Counted from the whole stretch's first letter, positions 9,071 through 26,692 are shown. The stretch: 63,528 bases of DNA, filler included, from Hyphochytrium catenoides (GCA_900088475.1; 9 parts of 9 records of this genome joined end to end with filler, not necessarily neighbours in it); one strand, 5' to 3'. Numbers and translations are program-made. Notes: a model not told the origin generated them from the sequence alone.

Positions 9071-11055
9071 ATGGCGACGCGAGACAGAACGTTGTACTTC
9101 GAAAAGGCGCGAAGTGAGGCCAAAAATAAGTCTCTGCGCAGACGGCAGTTGGCCTCAGTGGCAAATGGCGCTCCAGAGGGCAGATCATTGATGAGCGACG
9201 CACAGATGACAGCCTGGGAGGAGGCACGCACAACGCTGCCACCCCAGTACGTTGATACAGTGGAAGTGGTGAATGAGGATGTGCGAAAGATCAAGGACAA
9301 GAGTGAGTGGCTGCTCTCTTAAACGGGCACATCATTGTGCTTCCTGCCCGTGCCTGCTTGCCAACCCACAAACCTTCGTCTTCCTCGCTCTGCAGCTCTT
9401 CAGGGTTATCTTCATGCCTTGTTGTCTGTCTTATCTCATCCCTCTAAGGGCTGTGTTGAATCCTTAATATCTTGTTCTTCTCACCCAATGCCGACTGCGG
9501 CCCATCTTAGATTTCCTACATCTTGTCTCGCTCTCTGCTAACTCCTCCTGACCGTCGATTATTAGTTGAGGAGCTAAACAAGCTGCACACAAAGCGTTTG
9601 ATGGTGAAGTTCGATGACTCGACGACCATTGATGAAGAAAGAGAAATTGAGCAGAAGACGACGGAGATCACTAATCTCTTTCGACATGCAGAGAGGGTGA
9701 GTTGCAAAGGAGAAGTTAAAGCTATTTTTAGTGCCAAGTCGTAGCGCTTAGAGGCAGGATCATGCTATTATGTGCAGTCTCGGCTTTGTCTGGGTTTTCA
9801 GAGTTTGCCTTCGTCTATCTTAGCCGTCACGGACGTTGTTCTAAGTCGTAGGACTCCTCTATGCTGATCTCTTGGCTGCCACGCTACTTGGCTGTTAACT
9901 TCCTATATATGGCTCCTTCTTCTCTCACTCCTGCGCTGCCTTGCCTTGAATTCAGGCTCTGCAACAGGTTGCCACCAAAAATATCAAACAGCTGGTGCCC
10001 TCTGAGCAGAAGATTCGGACCAATATCCAGCGGTCGTTGGCAACCCAGCTCCAAACACTAAGTGCAGAGTTCAGAAGAAGTCAGAAAGAGTATCTCAACC
10101 GTGTCGCACTAGAGAAGAAAGGCCCAGAGGCCTTCGAGTTCTTGGAGAGCGGAGAAAAGGCTCCCCTCGAAATCGATCCGGTTAGTAGATGACAGAGGGA
10201 TATACTGCGGGAACCAGAAGAAAAGAGGGAACAAGCGAGCTTTGTATGGGCAACTGACCAGCCCTTAGATTAGGTTCCTCATTAGCTCTCAGAGACGTGC
10301 GTCGGAAGCTTGATACATACTTTCTGATGGGCACGATGTCTCTTATCGTCTCCTTCCCTTTTTATTCAGGGCTTCACCCAGGAACAGATGGCATCTCTGG
10401 AGTTATCAGAGGCAATCATCAACGAAAGGGATCATGAAATCCAACAGATCGCAAAGTCTATCGAGGAGCTTGCACAGATTTTCAAAGAGCTGGCTGTCCT
10501 TGTCATTGACCAGGTGAGAGAAGTGCTTTCACACAGTCCCAGCATGCTGTCTAAATGAGCCGCTGCACCATCCTTCTTGAACCTCTTGCACAGTTCGTTG
10601 TAATGTGTCCTCTATTCAAGAGGTCAATCACTCTCATTGTATCCTTGCCGGACAAGGGCTCTTGCTGCTCTAACTAGCCTATTGCTCTAAAGGCTGCGCC
10701 GTTCATTGTTCGTCTTAGTATATCTCTTACTTGGTGGCTCTCTCTTTTCGGTTGGCGTTTCCCGACCTCACCTTTCACTCCTCGGTTTGTATTATGGTAC
10801 ATGGTCAGCTCTTGTGCCTGATTCTCGGTCCTGTACAATCTCTCTTACTATTCCGATGCTTGAATGCCACAGGGCACCATCTTGGACCGTATAGACTATA
10901 ATATGGAGCAGGTTGTGGAGCGCACCACAACTGGTTTGAAGGAGCTGGAGACAGCAGAGAAGATTCAGAAGAACAACCGACCTGTGAAATGCATCCTCAT
11001 ACTTCTTGGACTCATCTTCTTCTTTCTAATTTTACTTATTGAGAAACATATGTAG
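9071..11055 (+). CDS. STX16: Syntaxin-16/Tlg2-like Qa-SNARE, 5 exons (9071-9302, 9566-9696, 9956-10180, ~10370-10513, ~10873-11055)
   Basis: MATRDRTLYF N-peptide, LPPQYVD, SNARE motif IFKELAVLVIDQ|GTILDRIDYNME, C-terminal TM helix, GT-AG introns. Confidence 0.93.
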
Positions 11056-11759
11056 ACTGTAAGGGATCCCCCTAGAGAGGGGAGAGGGCTTATGGCGCCA
11101 ACTTGCTTCCGAGGATAAAGGAGAGGATCAGCAGCAGAGGGAGGGGAGTGAACAACGGGGGCAAAGGGTAAAGAGAGCTATGCATGTATATGAGGTTTGT
11201 CTAGGTACAGAAAGAGCCGCCATCTGTCCATCTCTTCCAAGATATCCTCCCATTGGTGAGATGGTGGGCTGTCCAATCTCGGGCCTTCACCGAAGGTCCA
11301 GTGGACCCTTACACCAGCAGTACAAGCGGCGATAATGTTATAAACTGAACCCTCCCAGCTTCCTATTTTGTTCCAAGCTCTCCTTACTCTCTCTCGTCTG
11401 TGCCATCTTTCTCAGGGGCGCACAGGTCCCATTCTCTAAGTGGCTACCCCTAGAGCGGAAGTCTTGCTTCTCTTTAAATAACCGCTAAGCTCACCAGTGG
11501 GTGACGAGCTTCCTCAGAATCGTACGTGTCTTTGTAAGGTCTCTCGAAGACAGTGAGTTCTCTTAAGGCTCAAATAGGCAGTCAATAATTTGCCTCCTAG
11601 AGCATCCATCACCACATCGGGCTAGACAGATTGATAGACAGCCTTCCACCGATTGGAAGATTTCATAAGCCGAACGAATGACGAAGCAGCGCTTCTTTTG
11701 TTATTTGTCCTAAAAGTTTCATCTACGTGAGGTCTCTCTTTCTCTCTACCTCTCTGTCT

Positions 11760-14700
11760 TTATCTCTCATTTGCAAGCGCTGTCTCAGTAGGAGTGGCCA
11801 GCTCTACCACTTCTGTCCGTCCTTCAGCAGCTTGCAGTGCCTTCTTGGCACTGTTGGCTCTGTCCACCTTCCAAAGACCTCTAAGAGCGGCCACTCGGTA
11901 CGCTTCGGCCAGTGTTGGATAGTTAAACACTGCGTTTCTGAAATAATCTATCGTTCCGCCTGTAGACATCACGATCTGGCCAATATGAATGATCTCAGTG
12001 GCACCTTCTCCAATCGCATGGACCCCGAGAAGCTAAAGAATGGGATTGAAAGGGAAAGGAAAAGCATCATGTCAGTAGTGTTTCACTGCTGATTTAAAAG
12101 AAAGAGAGCTTATGCGTCAAAAAGGACCCTCCGCCCAATGACTGAGGGCCGCACGTAATAAAGCACGGTGAACAGGCCAAAAATGAGTTCTTGTCCAAGC
12201 AACGATGAGGGTGAGAGAAGAGAAGTAGAAGAAAGCCAAGGTTGCGCCACAAGCATGCACATAATGGTTAGCAGTCGAAGAAGAGGAGGTTTCTTGACGA
12301 GCAGTGGGTAAGAGGAACATAGATCCCCCCAATCCACCACTCCTGATAAGAAAGATAAGAGACTTCGGCGCTGGTACCTCCAACGTATGAGGGCAAAAGA
12401 TGATCTTCAAGAAGCCTGGCGTTCCGCCCAACATCTGCCCGCGCGCTAGGTCCTCATACCGTGCCACACCCACCTTAAGGAATACGAGGTATACGAGATG
12501 AAAGAGCAGGTCACAGTTAGACAAGAAGTGAAGAAAGAGGCAGCAGAGACCCGCTACGGTTGCAGCCGCTAAAGATGCCTGTTCGCTTTCACAACCATAC
12601 GATGCGGTCATTGTTCCCCTGTCCCACTCCCGCTAAAATTTCAGACAGAGCCCTTTCTAATCTACTTAGACTTACCTCATAGGGTCTGTTCTCTGCCGTC
12701 AGTGCCTGCTCAGACTTGCCGACCATGGAGATCTCAGGGATAGTGTAGATGCCAAAGGGAAAGAGGTTGCCGGATCTGAGACAACAGGGAAATCTCAGGA
12801 GCGGTGCAGATGCATCTCATCCATGGTCGTTCAGCCCTCGCATATGACTCACACTCTAAGCTTTCTGTCTCCTGTCACCCTTATCTGGAGGCAGTCAACC
12901 CCATGTCCCCCTTCCAGAGAACCTCTCTCAATCCGCTTATAAAGTCTAAGCGTCTACTGTACAGGTGTCCCTTCGCTCTTGGCAGCCACCTACCGCAGCC
13001 TCGTTCTGACCCTCTCGCTCTCGTATGGCTCCTTCAGTTCTTTCCTCTGCTCCTCCTCAGAGTGACTCCACATGTGGACCGAGGCCTGTCGACCTTGTTC
13101 CATCGAGGTAGAAGCTACATTTATCAGTTAGTGCGGTTAGTAGCGAAGCATAACGACTGAGCAGTAGCACGTTTCCTACCTAGAGCTGGGAATCCGATGC
13201 AGTCTCCGGCGGCATAGCTTACAGAAAAGAGAGTTAGCCGCGCTAGTTGGCAGAGTGTGAGAAAGACACTCCGTATGAGCGAAAAGGCAAGGGGAAAGGA
13301 GCGTAAGGTTGGAGGTAACAGAGAACCAAGACCGCTTAAGAGGCAGAAAGGGAGAAAGGCTCACATATGAGGCACATTCGTCTGATAGTTGTCGTTAACT
13401 TCAATGATGCCGCGGGGGTTGCATTTAATTCCCACCGCGGGCAGATTCAGGGAATCAGAGTTGGCCTAGCATGGAAATGATTGTGTGAGGGAACCATAGA
13501 CATCGCGTTCGTCCATTATCTCTATCTTCTTTTGCATCGTCGCTCCCTATCTTGCTCTCTAAGTCTTCCTCCTCCATTACCAGTCTTACCTGTCGTCCCA
13601 CGCAGTAGAGCAAAGCATCTCCGTATATCTGTTTACCACTGGCCAACTCCACTATTACCCCGTCACCATCTCGCTGAGGATAAAAGAATTCGGCAGATGT
13701 AGAGGAGAAAGAAGACGAGCGACAAAGCAAAGAGTGGTCAGAACGTGATGCCTTGGCTCGGCCAGGTAATGCCAGGTCTATAGAGAGAACGAAGAGAAGC
13801 TGCTACACGGAGCAGACGGACTCACCGCCACTTTGCTGAGCTGCTCTCCCAGAATAAATCTGGCTCCCTGTTGCCTCATATGATAAGCTAAGGCCTCCGT
13901 CACCTCACGGTCTGCAAAGTCTAGCACCTGAAAGGAGAAGAGAGAAAGAAGCATTAACGTCTATCCACCAGCACTTTCGCTCCTAGAACTTCCTGCTTTC
14001 ACCTTCCTTCTCTTTATCTACACACACACAGCGCTTTCACTCCTTCACTGTGTGGCTGACTCCGCTCACCCATTTGACTGCTCTATTCGCTTACCGTCTC
14101 CTTGGCGTCAATGATGGTGACATTGCAAGTAGGCAAGATGTTCAGCATGGAAGCGTATTCCATTCCTATAGGACAGAGGTGTTAGAGATTGATTAACGAT
14201 AGTTTCCCATGAGGACGTCAAAGGGAGAGGCAAGCTTTCCGGAGGGAGTATTGCTGCTGTTTCCTAGACCAGTAAGATAGAAGCCAGGCGGAACGAGGAA
14301 GATCTATGGCATGACCAAGATACAAAGAGCTGTGAACGACAGGAGGAGAAGAACTCAATGGCGCTGAGGTGCAAGAGATATAGGAGAGGTAATATTCAGC
14401 CATTCGGTAGGAGTCTCGCCACTAACTGACCAATAACGCCTGTGCCCACCACAATCAGCCTGCGGGGAATCTCTTTGAAGCCTCTGCCCCACAACAGCTG
14501 GTCGCTGAGGACAGACGAACGAACGTCAGGGGTAACGTATAGAAGAGTAAGGCCAAGACCAGACTAGGAAGTCAGGAAATTGGTGATCAAGCTCTGTCAT
14601 GTGCATCGAGAGCAAGGATCCTAAAGATAGTGGCAGATCTGATGCAAGCGGCAAGACGAAGTAGCAAGTAGAAGGAAAGAGCGAAACGGAGAGAGAGACA

Positions 14701-15361
14701 CAGAGAGAGGACAAGGCCCCATCAAGGCACCTTACCTATCAAAGATCTTCTCCCCATCGAAAGGAATATCGGGTCGGTGGGCTGGGCGAGTGCCGACGGC
14801 GATAAGAAAGTTGTCCGCCGTCAAAATTCTGTGGAGACAAAGTGGGAGAGGCCAAGAACAGCATTAACGAAAGAAGTACTATGGAGAGAGTAGGTGATCA
14901 AGAGCCATCCCACTCAAAAAGAGGATGAGATAAGTATAAGACGGATAGGCACTTGCGAAAGTCCTGATCCCAAGGACGATGTTACTCAATACAGAGCCAG
15001 AGGGGAGAGCCGTGGAAGAGAGAGAGAGGAGGGAGAGGATGACGGAGAGAGCAAGGAACTCTAGAGCAAGGAACTAGAGCAAGGAACAAGGGAACTAGAG
15101 CAAGGAACAAGGGAGCAAGGATAGAGAGAGAAGAGAGAGAAAGGAAAGAGAGAGAGGGAGAAAGAAAGAGACGGAGGGTGATCGAAGAGCATGACGCAGA
15201 GCCGCAGGAAGAGGCATTAATACCTCTTGCAGACGTTTGAGGTGAGATGTCGAGTGCAGTCCGTGTCATTGACGATTGTGTCGTTCTCCAGCACCGCCAG
15301 AGTCTTCTTCTCTGGATCCTCCAGGAAACGCCCAGAACCCGTGATGAGGGTTATCCCGTTT
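11760..15361 (-). CDS. sthA: Soluble pyridine nucleotide transhydrogenase (SthA/UdhA-like), 5'-truncated, 12 visible exons
   Basis: Spliced product includes [80 protein letters not shown] and [15 protein letters not shown]. Confidence 0.92.
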
Positions 15362-16114
15362 CTTCAGTAGGTAAAGGAACCAAACGATGAGAAATGCCCC
15401 GAAAACCAAGGACGGAGAGCGAGAGATGGAGACCAAAGAGGGAGAGGGGCGGAGAGAGAGAGAGAGAGAGGGGGAGAGAGANNNNNNNNNNNNNNNNNNN
15501 NNNNNNNNNNNNNNNNNNNNNNNNNTTAATTAATTAANNNNNNNNNNNNNNNNNNNNNNNNNNNNNNNNNNNNNNNNNNNNAGGTCGTCGCATCTCTAAA
15601 GTGAAACAGTTTATTAAACGCCGTCCTCAGCTTGTGCCGACACATCCCAAGCTTGCCCAGTGATCCACCGTCACGATAGTACAATGGCTCCGCCTTTATT
15701 GTTGGAGTCGATTAGTGCAAGAGCTTTATCCTCTTCACTCTTCTTCTTGTCGCTCTGGGAAGATGTGGACTGGTGTGAACCTTATGTCTCCTCGTTTGGT
15801 GACGGAGCTAAAAGTCCTCCTTCCGGAGATCGATAGACCAAGATGAAGGCGATGAGGAGGGCAGCTGCTTTCATTGTCATTCGTACTGGCCTCGCATGTC
15901 CTTGAAGAAGGGAAAGGAGACTTCACATAGCTCCATACAATCTCCATCATTTTTGACAATGTCTGCTTTCCTGGGTTCTCCATCTTCCGGCGTCACATGC
16001 CAGATAGCATCCGCATCCAGGATTCTTCTTGCAGTAGCTAGACTATCATCCCTGCAGATCTGCCTCGCTTCCCCTTCCGTTCCTGTGCAGACACCATGGG
16101 GCACGATTCCTTCA

Positions 16115-16633
16115 TTAAACGCCAGCCAGGTTGCCGTGAAAGTCAAGTTCGTTCTTTAAGCTCTGAACATGATCGGGAGTCTTTGGCCCATTGGGGCTGC
16201 TGGTTTTTCCTTCTTCTCTTGTCCTGACCGCCTTCGAAGAAGGTAGACGAAGAGCTTCAAGAGCTTCCAGATAGTTTAGCGGTAGTCCACCCTGTCTCCT
16301 TTTAATGGACGGCGGAAGGTGCATGAAAGCAGTCCAGGCTGTATCAAATCTTGGTTTCCATGATTCTATCTGCCGGTGAGGATAGTAGGGATGGCTTGGA
16401 CTGGCTTTGGACTTGCCGGCAGGAAAGAAACCGAACAGCAGATCTCTCCTGGATTTCCTAACTTCATCGCGTTGTGCTTCTTTGGCCCCGGAAGGTCCCA
16501 CTCCCAGTGAACGAGAAGAAGAAGTACCAGGGGCATAACCTCGGACAGCCGGGGACGACGCGGCTTCCGCTAGAGTTGTACTCACATAGACCCAAAGAGC
16601 AATGACGACAATTCTCGATAATGGCACTGCCAT
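16115..16633 (-). CDS. Hypothetical secreted protein, 172 aa
   Basis: ATG start, a hydrophobic signal-peptide-like N-terminus and non-repetitive sequence. No domain recognised. Confidence 0.4.
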   Translation of the reverse strand: MAVPLSRIVVIALWVYVSTTLAEAASSPAVRGYAPGTSSSRSLGVGPSGAKEAQRDEVRKSRRDLLFGFFPAGKSKASPSHPYYPHRQIESWKPRFDTAWTAFMHLPPSIKRRQGGLPLNYLEALEALRLPSSKAVRTREEGKTSSPNGPKTPDHVQSLKNELDFHGNLAGV

Positions 16634-17403
16634 TGCTCTGGCTCCAGCTCTCCCACTTCTTTCCTTCGCTGCTAGTGATAGTGAGAAGTGGACGGCAGAG
16701 CTAACCAGTCGAGCGGCTTGATCTCTAGACCGACAGGAGCAATGATCGGACCAATATTAGCAGCTTCTTGTAGGGCTGGTCCAAAAAAGAAGTGAATAGC
16801 CTGGTGGTTTCTGATCGAAGCGAGAAGGAGCAGGGAGAAGCACCATCCAAAAGAGCCGCGACAATGCGGGCGGGGCAAGGCTGACGCAGTCTCAACAATG
16901 GACTGGCTTCTTTGCCTACCAAACTTTGCCCACCAGAGGTTAGGGCGAAGTAACAGGAAGAGCCAGGCGGGAAGAAGAAGAAGAGAGCAGAACGAGATGA
17001 TGGATGGTTGGAATGGAACCACGATAGAGCCGGGAAGCCAGAGACAGGGACGGAGCGAAGAACGCTGAAGAGGGCAACGCGAGGAGGTTCTCGAAAGACC
17101 AATCAATCTTTCGGGAGAGTGACGGAGAAGATAAGGTTCAAGAAGAAAGGAAAGGATAGAGCAGCACCACAGCGTCGTCTCCACCAACAGCTGCTAGTCT
17201 CTCTTGGACTGGCATAAACTGAAGACAAGCGAAGAGAAGTGAAGCTATGGAACACGGAAAGCGGCAGCAACAGCTGNNNNNNNNNNNNNNNNNNNNNNNN
17301 NNNNNNNNNNNNNNNNNNNNTTAATTAATTAANNNNNNNNNNNNNNNNNNNNNNNNNNNNNNNNNNNNNNNNNNNNACTGGAGAGTGATCCTCTAACAGA
17401 GAC

Positions 17404-17438
<35 letters not shown>

Positions 17439-17826
17439 CGCTCCGGACTAGTTGTGATAAGCCGTGACTAACACTTTTGCTAAGGAGTCCTCCAATATAG
17501 AGTTTAACAATGTATTTATGGCTCAACAAAAGCTCAAAAGAGAGAAAGGGGAGAGAGAGGAGAGTCGGCCAGAACGGAGAGGTTGACCCTCAGATGTTCG
17601 GATAAGGTAGAGAGAGAGAGAGAGAGAGTGATGAGACAGGGGACAGACCAGATTCCTTAGTGCTAACAAGAGCTAGAGGCGCGCTTAGACCGATGGAAGA
17701 GAGAGCGCGTCACTCCTTTAATGATCTATAGCTGCTGAACATTTATCCTGTGGACCCTTCTCTCTCCTTGCCTAGGGCTCTCTTACAGTCTCTCTCCCTC
17801 TCTTTCTCCCTCTTTCCACGGAACTC

Positions 17827-23122
<5,296 letters not shown>

Positions 23123-23174
23123 CTTTTTCCTCTGTAGAACCTTGCTGGTCCAAGCGACACCACGGGAAGGTAGA

Positions 23175-23205
<31 letters not shown>

Positions 23206-23730
23206 AGAACTACTGCAGGCAATTAGCAGAGGAAGAGAGAGAGAGACACGCGCGAGGAGAAGAGAATCGTCGATGGCTATGGAACCGAGCTAAAGAGGTC
23301 CAGGAGTCTTGACAGCCTTAAAGGATATACAGAGAGAACTGGAGAGCCTGGAGAGAGAGAGAGAGAGACAAAGAGAGAGACAGAAGTTCCCGATTTCAAA
23401 GAGGCGGGAGTTAGGAAGACACCATCCAAGGTTATCGTTCGGCTTTCTGCGCGCAGGTCACTGGCGCATCAAGGGAGGGAGGAAGCCATCGAAGAGAAAT
23501 ATTCTTCTTCATAGAATAGGAGGTTCAGATGGAAGTGGAAAGGAAGAGAGGTGGAAGAGAGAGGAAGAGAGAGAGAGACAGACAGACAGAAATGGGGGGA
23601 AAGAAAGAGAGAGAGAGAAAGAGAAAGAGAGAGAGAGGAAGAGAGAGAGGAAGAGACAGAGACAGAGAGAGAGCGAGAGAGAGAGGAAGGGAGAAGAGAG
23701 AGAGATGGGGGGGGTGGAGAAAGGAGAGAG

Positions 23731-23775
<45 letters not shown>

Positions 23776-24135
23776 TCTTTACCAAAGCCCCATGATTAAT
23801 AGCTACCCATGATTGAGCGTAGCTAATCCAATCACTCTCAGCCACCGCCCTTGATTTCCACGGGCTCAGTATTACACTGGGGGAATGGAACAGCATCCCT
23901 TCGAAAGAATGTACTGATCCGAACAGCTTTAGTTATCGGTTTTACCGCCTGACTGATTCTCCCATTTATGATCCTTATGTTGAAGTCTGAAGGAAGCTTC
24001 GAAAGGACAACAGCCGCCCACCAGCCGCGGCCTGGGCTCCAGAGCTCCAGGGTCCCAGGGCTCCAGGGCTCCAGGGCACCACTCAGACCAGCGAGCCAAG
24101 CAAGCAGACAGCGTCTAACCAGAAGAGGGTTGTGA

Positions 24136-24171
<36 letters not shown>

Positions 24172-24340
24172 GGGAAACAGAGAGAAAGAGAGAGAGAGAG
24201 AGGGCAGAAGGGAGAGTTAAGGACGCAGCAACGATAGAGGGACGAGAAACCTTCTGTTGGCGTTCGAGGCGAGCCCTGAGGTGCACAGGACAAAGTAGAT
24301 CTTGACAGCAGCATCCCAGCCAACGTCATCTGTTCCAGTC

Positions 24341-26437
24341 ATGTCTCACGGCGCCATGCATGCTTTTCTCGTCCATCTCCTCTTTCTCTCTTCCCTTCTT
24401 TCGTCTTCCCCTAGCATCGCAAAGCCGCTAGTGATGCAACATATGGAAGATCTCTTCTCTCAAGGCACACAGGCCTTCGAGGCAGGGGAGTACCATGAGG
24501 CGCTGCAGTTCTTCCAGACCGTCCTCGAGCTCGCTCCTGACGCCGTCACAGTTCACTATAACCTGGGAGTCACGCAGGCGGCGCTCAACAGACGTGAAGA
24601 CGCCATCGCGGCCTATAATCAGACATTGAAGCTCCACCCTGATCATCCTGAGGCGCTGTATAACCTTGGCACTGTCTATCAAGCTCTAAAGGCCTTCCAT
24701 CTGGCAGAGGAGTTCTATCAACGAACCTTGCAGGTGGCGCCACAGTTCCAGCTGGTGAAAGAGCGGCTGTTGGAGCTTCAAGAACTGCAGGGGAATCTGC
24801 TGGAGGCGCTGCAGGGCTATAGACAGAGATTCAAAGAAGATCCTTCAGACGTCAACACAGTGCAGAAGCTGGCGTCCCTCTTGCTGAAGCTAACCAATGA
24901 CCCAGTAGCGCAGCGTCAAGCGATACAGAGCTCCACGCTGGTTGGCGATCCAGGTCTGCAGGTGACGGAGACAGAGTATTTCTTCCAGAGAGCAATCCAT
25001 ACTGGAGGGGCAGAGAAAGAGCCAGGACTGCGCTACGCCCTGGCGGTCCTGCTAGAAAGAGTGAGTGGAGAGACGGAGAGAGAGATGCGTACGCTTGAGA
25101 CAACGATAGGAGACAAAGATCATCCTCCTATCTCTGTCTCTCGAGACTATCTTCAGATGTACAGAGCATTCCAGAGACAGATCCTCAGTCAGCGACCCCT
25201 TCCCCAGGCCGGAGCAGGGAAGAAGAGTGATGTCTGTCCTCTCAGACTCCTCTCAGATTGGTCCCAGACAAGCCTCAAGATAGAGATCAAAAGCCTTGCT
25301 CTCCCTCCTTCTACTTCTCCTCAACCATCCACTGCTTCTCCTCTCTTCCACCTTCATCGATCTGGCCCAAACGGCGTCGCTGTCCATTCCCTCTCTCCTC
25401 CCTCTTCTCTCCGGCCGAAGGAGCTGCTGAGCGTGGAGCTGTCAAACGTTGTAGTCGACAGTGACGGAAGGGAGACCCTGATCTGGGGAAGAGACTTCTG
25501 TGAGGCGCTCGTCCTTCCTTCTCAGGTGCGGAGTCTGCTCCCTCTTCCCATCCAGGATGAAGGCAAGAAGCTCTTTCATGTTCCTCGAGCTATCAGCATT
25601 CTTAGCGGGCAGAGTTCTACCTTCTTTTCTCTCATAGATCACTCTCTCCGTCTCCTCTACCTCGCCCCACTCCTGTACGAGGAGAGAGCAGGAAAGGAGT
25701 ACAAGGTGCTTAGCTCTCCAGTCTCTCCCTACCTCTCTATCGCTATAGAGGCACTGGGTCTGAGGCAACTCTTTCGGGAGAGGTTTGTCCTTGTGGACGC
25801 TTCTTCTCTCTTTTTTGTTGACTCTCTTCGGACAGTAACCTGGACAGGAGATCTGGACACTCTTTCTCCCTCTTCCTCCGAAGGGATCGACGAGCTTCCT
25901 CCTCCTGATGCTCTGAGAAGGGTTCGCCAGCTGTTCAATCCCCTCCCTCTCCCGCTTAAGGAGAGGAAGAACTTTGTCTGGATCACCAGCTCTTTCCTCT
26001 CTTCTGCGCTCGTCAATGAACAAGAGGCGTTGGCCATCATCCAGCGCAATCTTCCTCAGTCACACTTCCTTGTGATCCTGACTGAAAAGGATCTGCCGCA
26101 GGAGCGGCTCTGGTTGCTGAGAAACGCTGTGGCCGTGGCTGGGCTGACCTCTGAGCTAGGCGAAGTGGCGCTGTTAAGCGAGGGAACGCGAGTGATTGAC
26201 ATCCAAATCCCTCTCTCCTGGCCGCCCCTTCCTCTTCTCTCTCTCTGTGAGGCCTTGGGGCTTCCATACACGCGTCTGCGCCCCGTTCCGCAGTCCGTTC
26301 TTCACTCTCTCACCGAACAAAAAGTCGTCTTACCCCTTCAGGGGCTCCGGTCAGCCATGGAGACGCTAGGTCGAGAAGAAGGTTGGCTTGGAGCAGCGAA
26401 GCCTGAGGCGGCAGAGCGAAGCAGAAGACACAGGTAG
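24341..26437 (+). CDS. Signal peptide + TPR repeats + degenerate GT61/DUF563-like domain (intronless)
   Basis: Hydrophobic N-terminus and TPR motifs (HYNLGV, ALYNLGTVY). The C-terminal LVNEQEAL...LLSEGTRVIDI segment resembles GT61. The TPR call is strong; the GT61 call is moderate. Confidence 0.75.
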   Translation: MSHGAMHAFLVHLLFLSSLLSSSPSIAKPLVMQHMEDLFSQGTQAFEAGEYHEALQFFQTVLELAPDAVTVHYNLGVTQAALNRREDAIAAYNQTLKLHPDHPEALYNLGTVYQALKAFHLAEEFYQRTLQVAPQFQLVKERLLELQELQGNLLEALQGYRQRFKEDPSDVNTVQKLASLLLKLTNDPVAQRQAIQSSTLVGDPGLQVTETEYFFQRAIHTGGAEKEPGLRYALAVLLERVSGETEREMRTLETTIGDKDHPPISVSRDYLQMYRAFQRQILSQRPLPQAGAGKKSDVCPLRLLSDWSQTSLKIEIKSLALPPSTSPQPSTASPLFHLHRSGPNGVAVHSLSPPSSLRPKELLSVELSNVVVDSDGRETLIWGRDFCEALVLPSQVRSLLPLPIQDEGKKLFHVPRAISILSGQSSTFFSLIDHSLRLLYLAPLLYEERAGKEYKVLSSPVSPYLSIAIEALGLRQLFRERFVLVDASSLFFVDSLRTVTWTGDLDTLSPSSSEGIDELPPPDALRRVRQLFNPLPLPLKERKNFVWITSSFLSSALVNEQEALAIIQRNLPQSHFLVILTEKDLPQERLWLLRNAVAVAGLTSELGEVALLSEGTRVIDIQIPLSWPPLPLLSLCEALGLPYTRLRPVPQSVLHSLTEQKVVLPLQGLRSAMETLGREEGWLGAAKPEAAERSRRHR

Positions 26438-26692
26438 CGGCACACCGTCGAAAATTCAAGAGTCCATCCCAAGAAGGAGACGAGGACATAGAGGACGATG
26501 ACTGGAATGGCTGGAGCTGCAAGACGATGAGATAGAAGAGTGCGCTGCTAGTCTAAGGAGCTTCTAGAAAGAGCACTAGTGGGAGAGCAGTGGACTGATA
26601 GAGAGTTTGTCTGACTGATTATAGCGGAGAGAGAGAACCACTCTCACTCCCGCTCATCACGGTTTAATAGATTTATCACTTTTTAGTTCCTC

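Noticed and set aside
15053-15120. Short GCAAGGAAC(TAGA) repeats
   Set aside because: An ordinary minisatellite inside a SthA intron.
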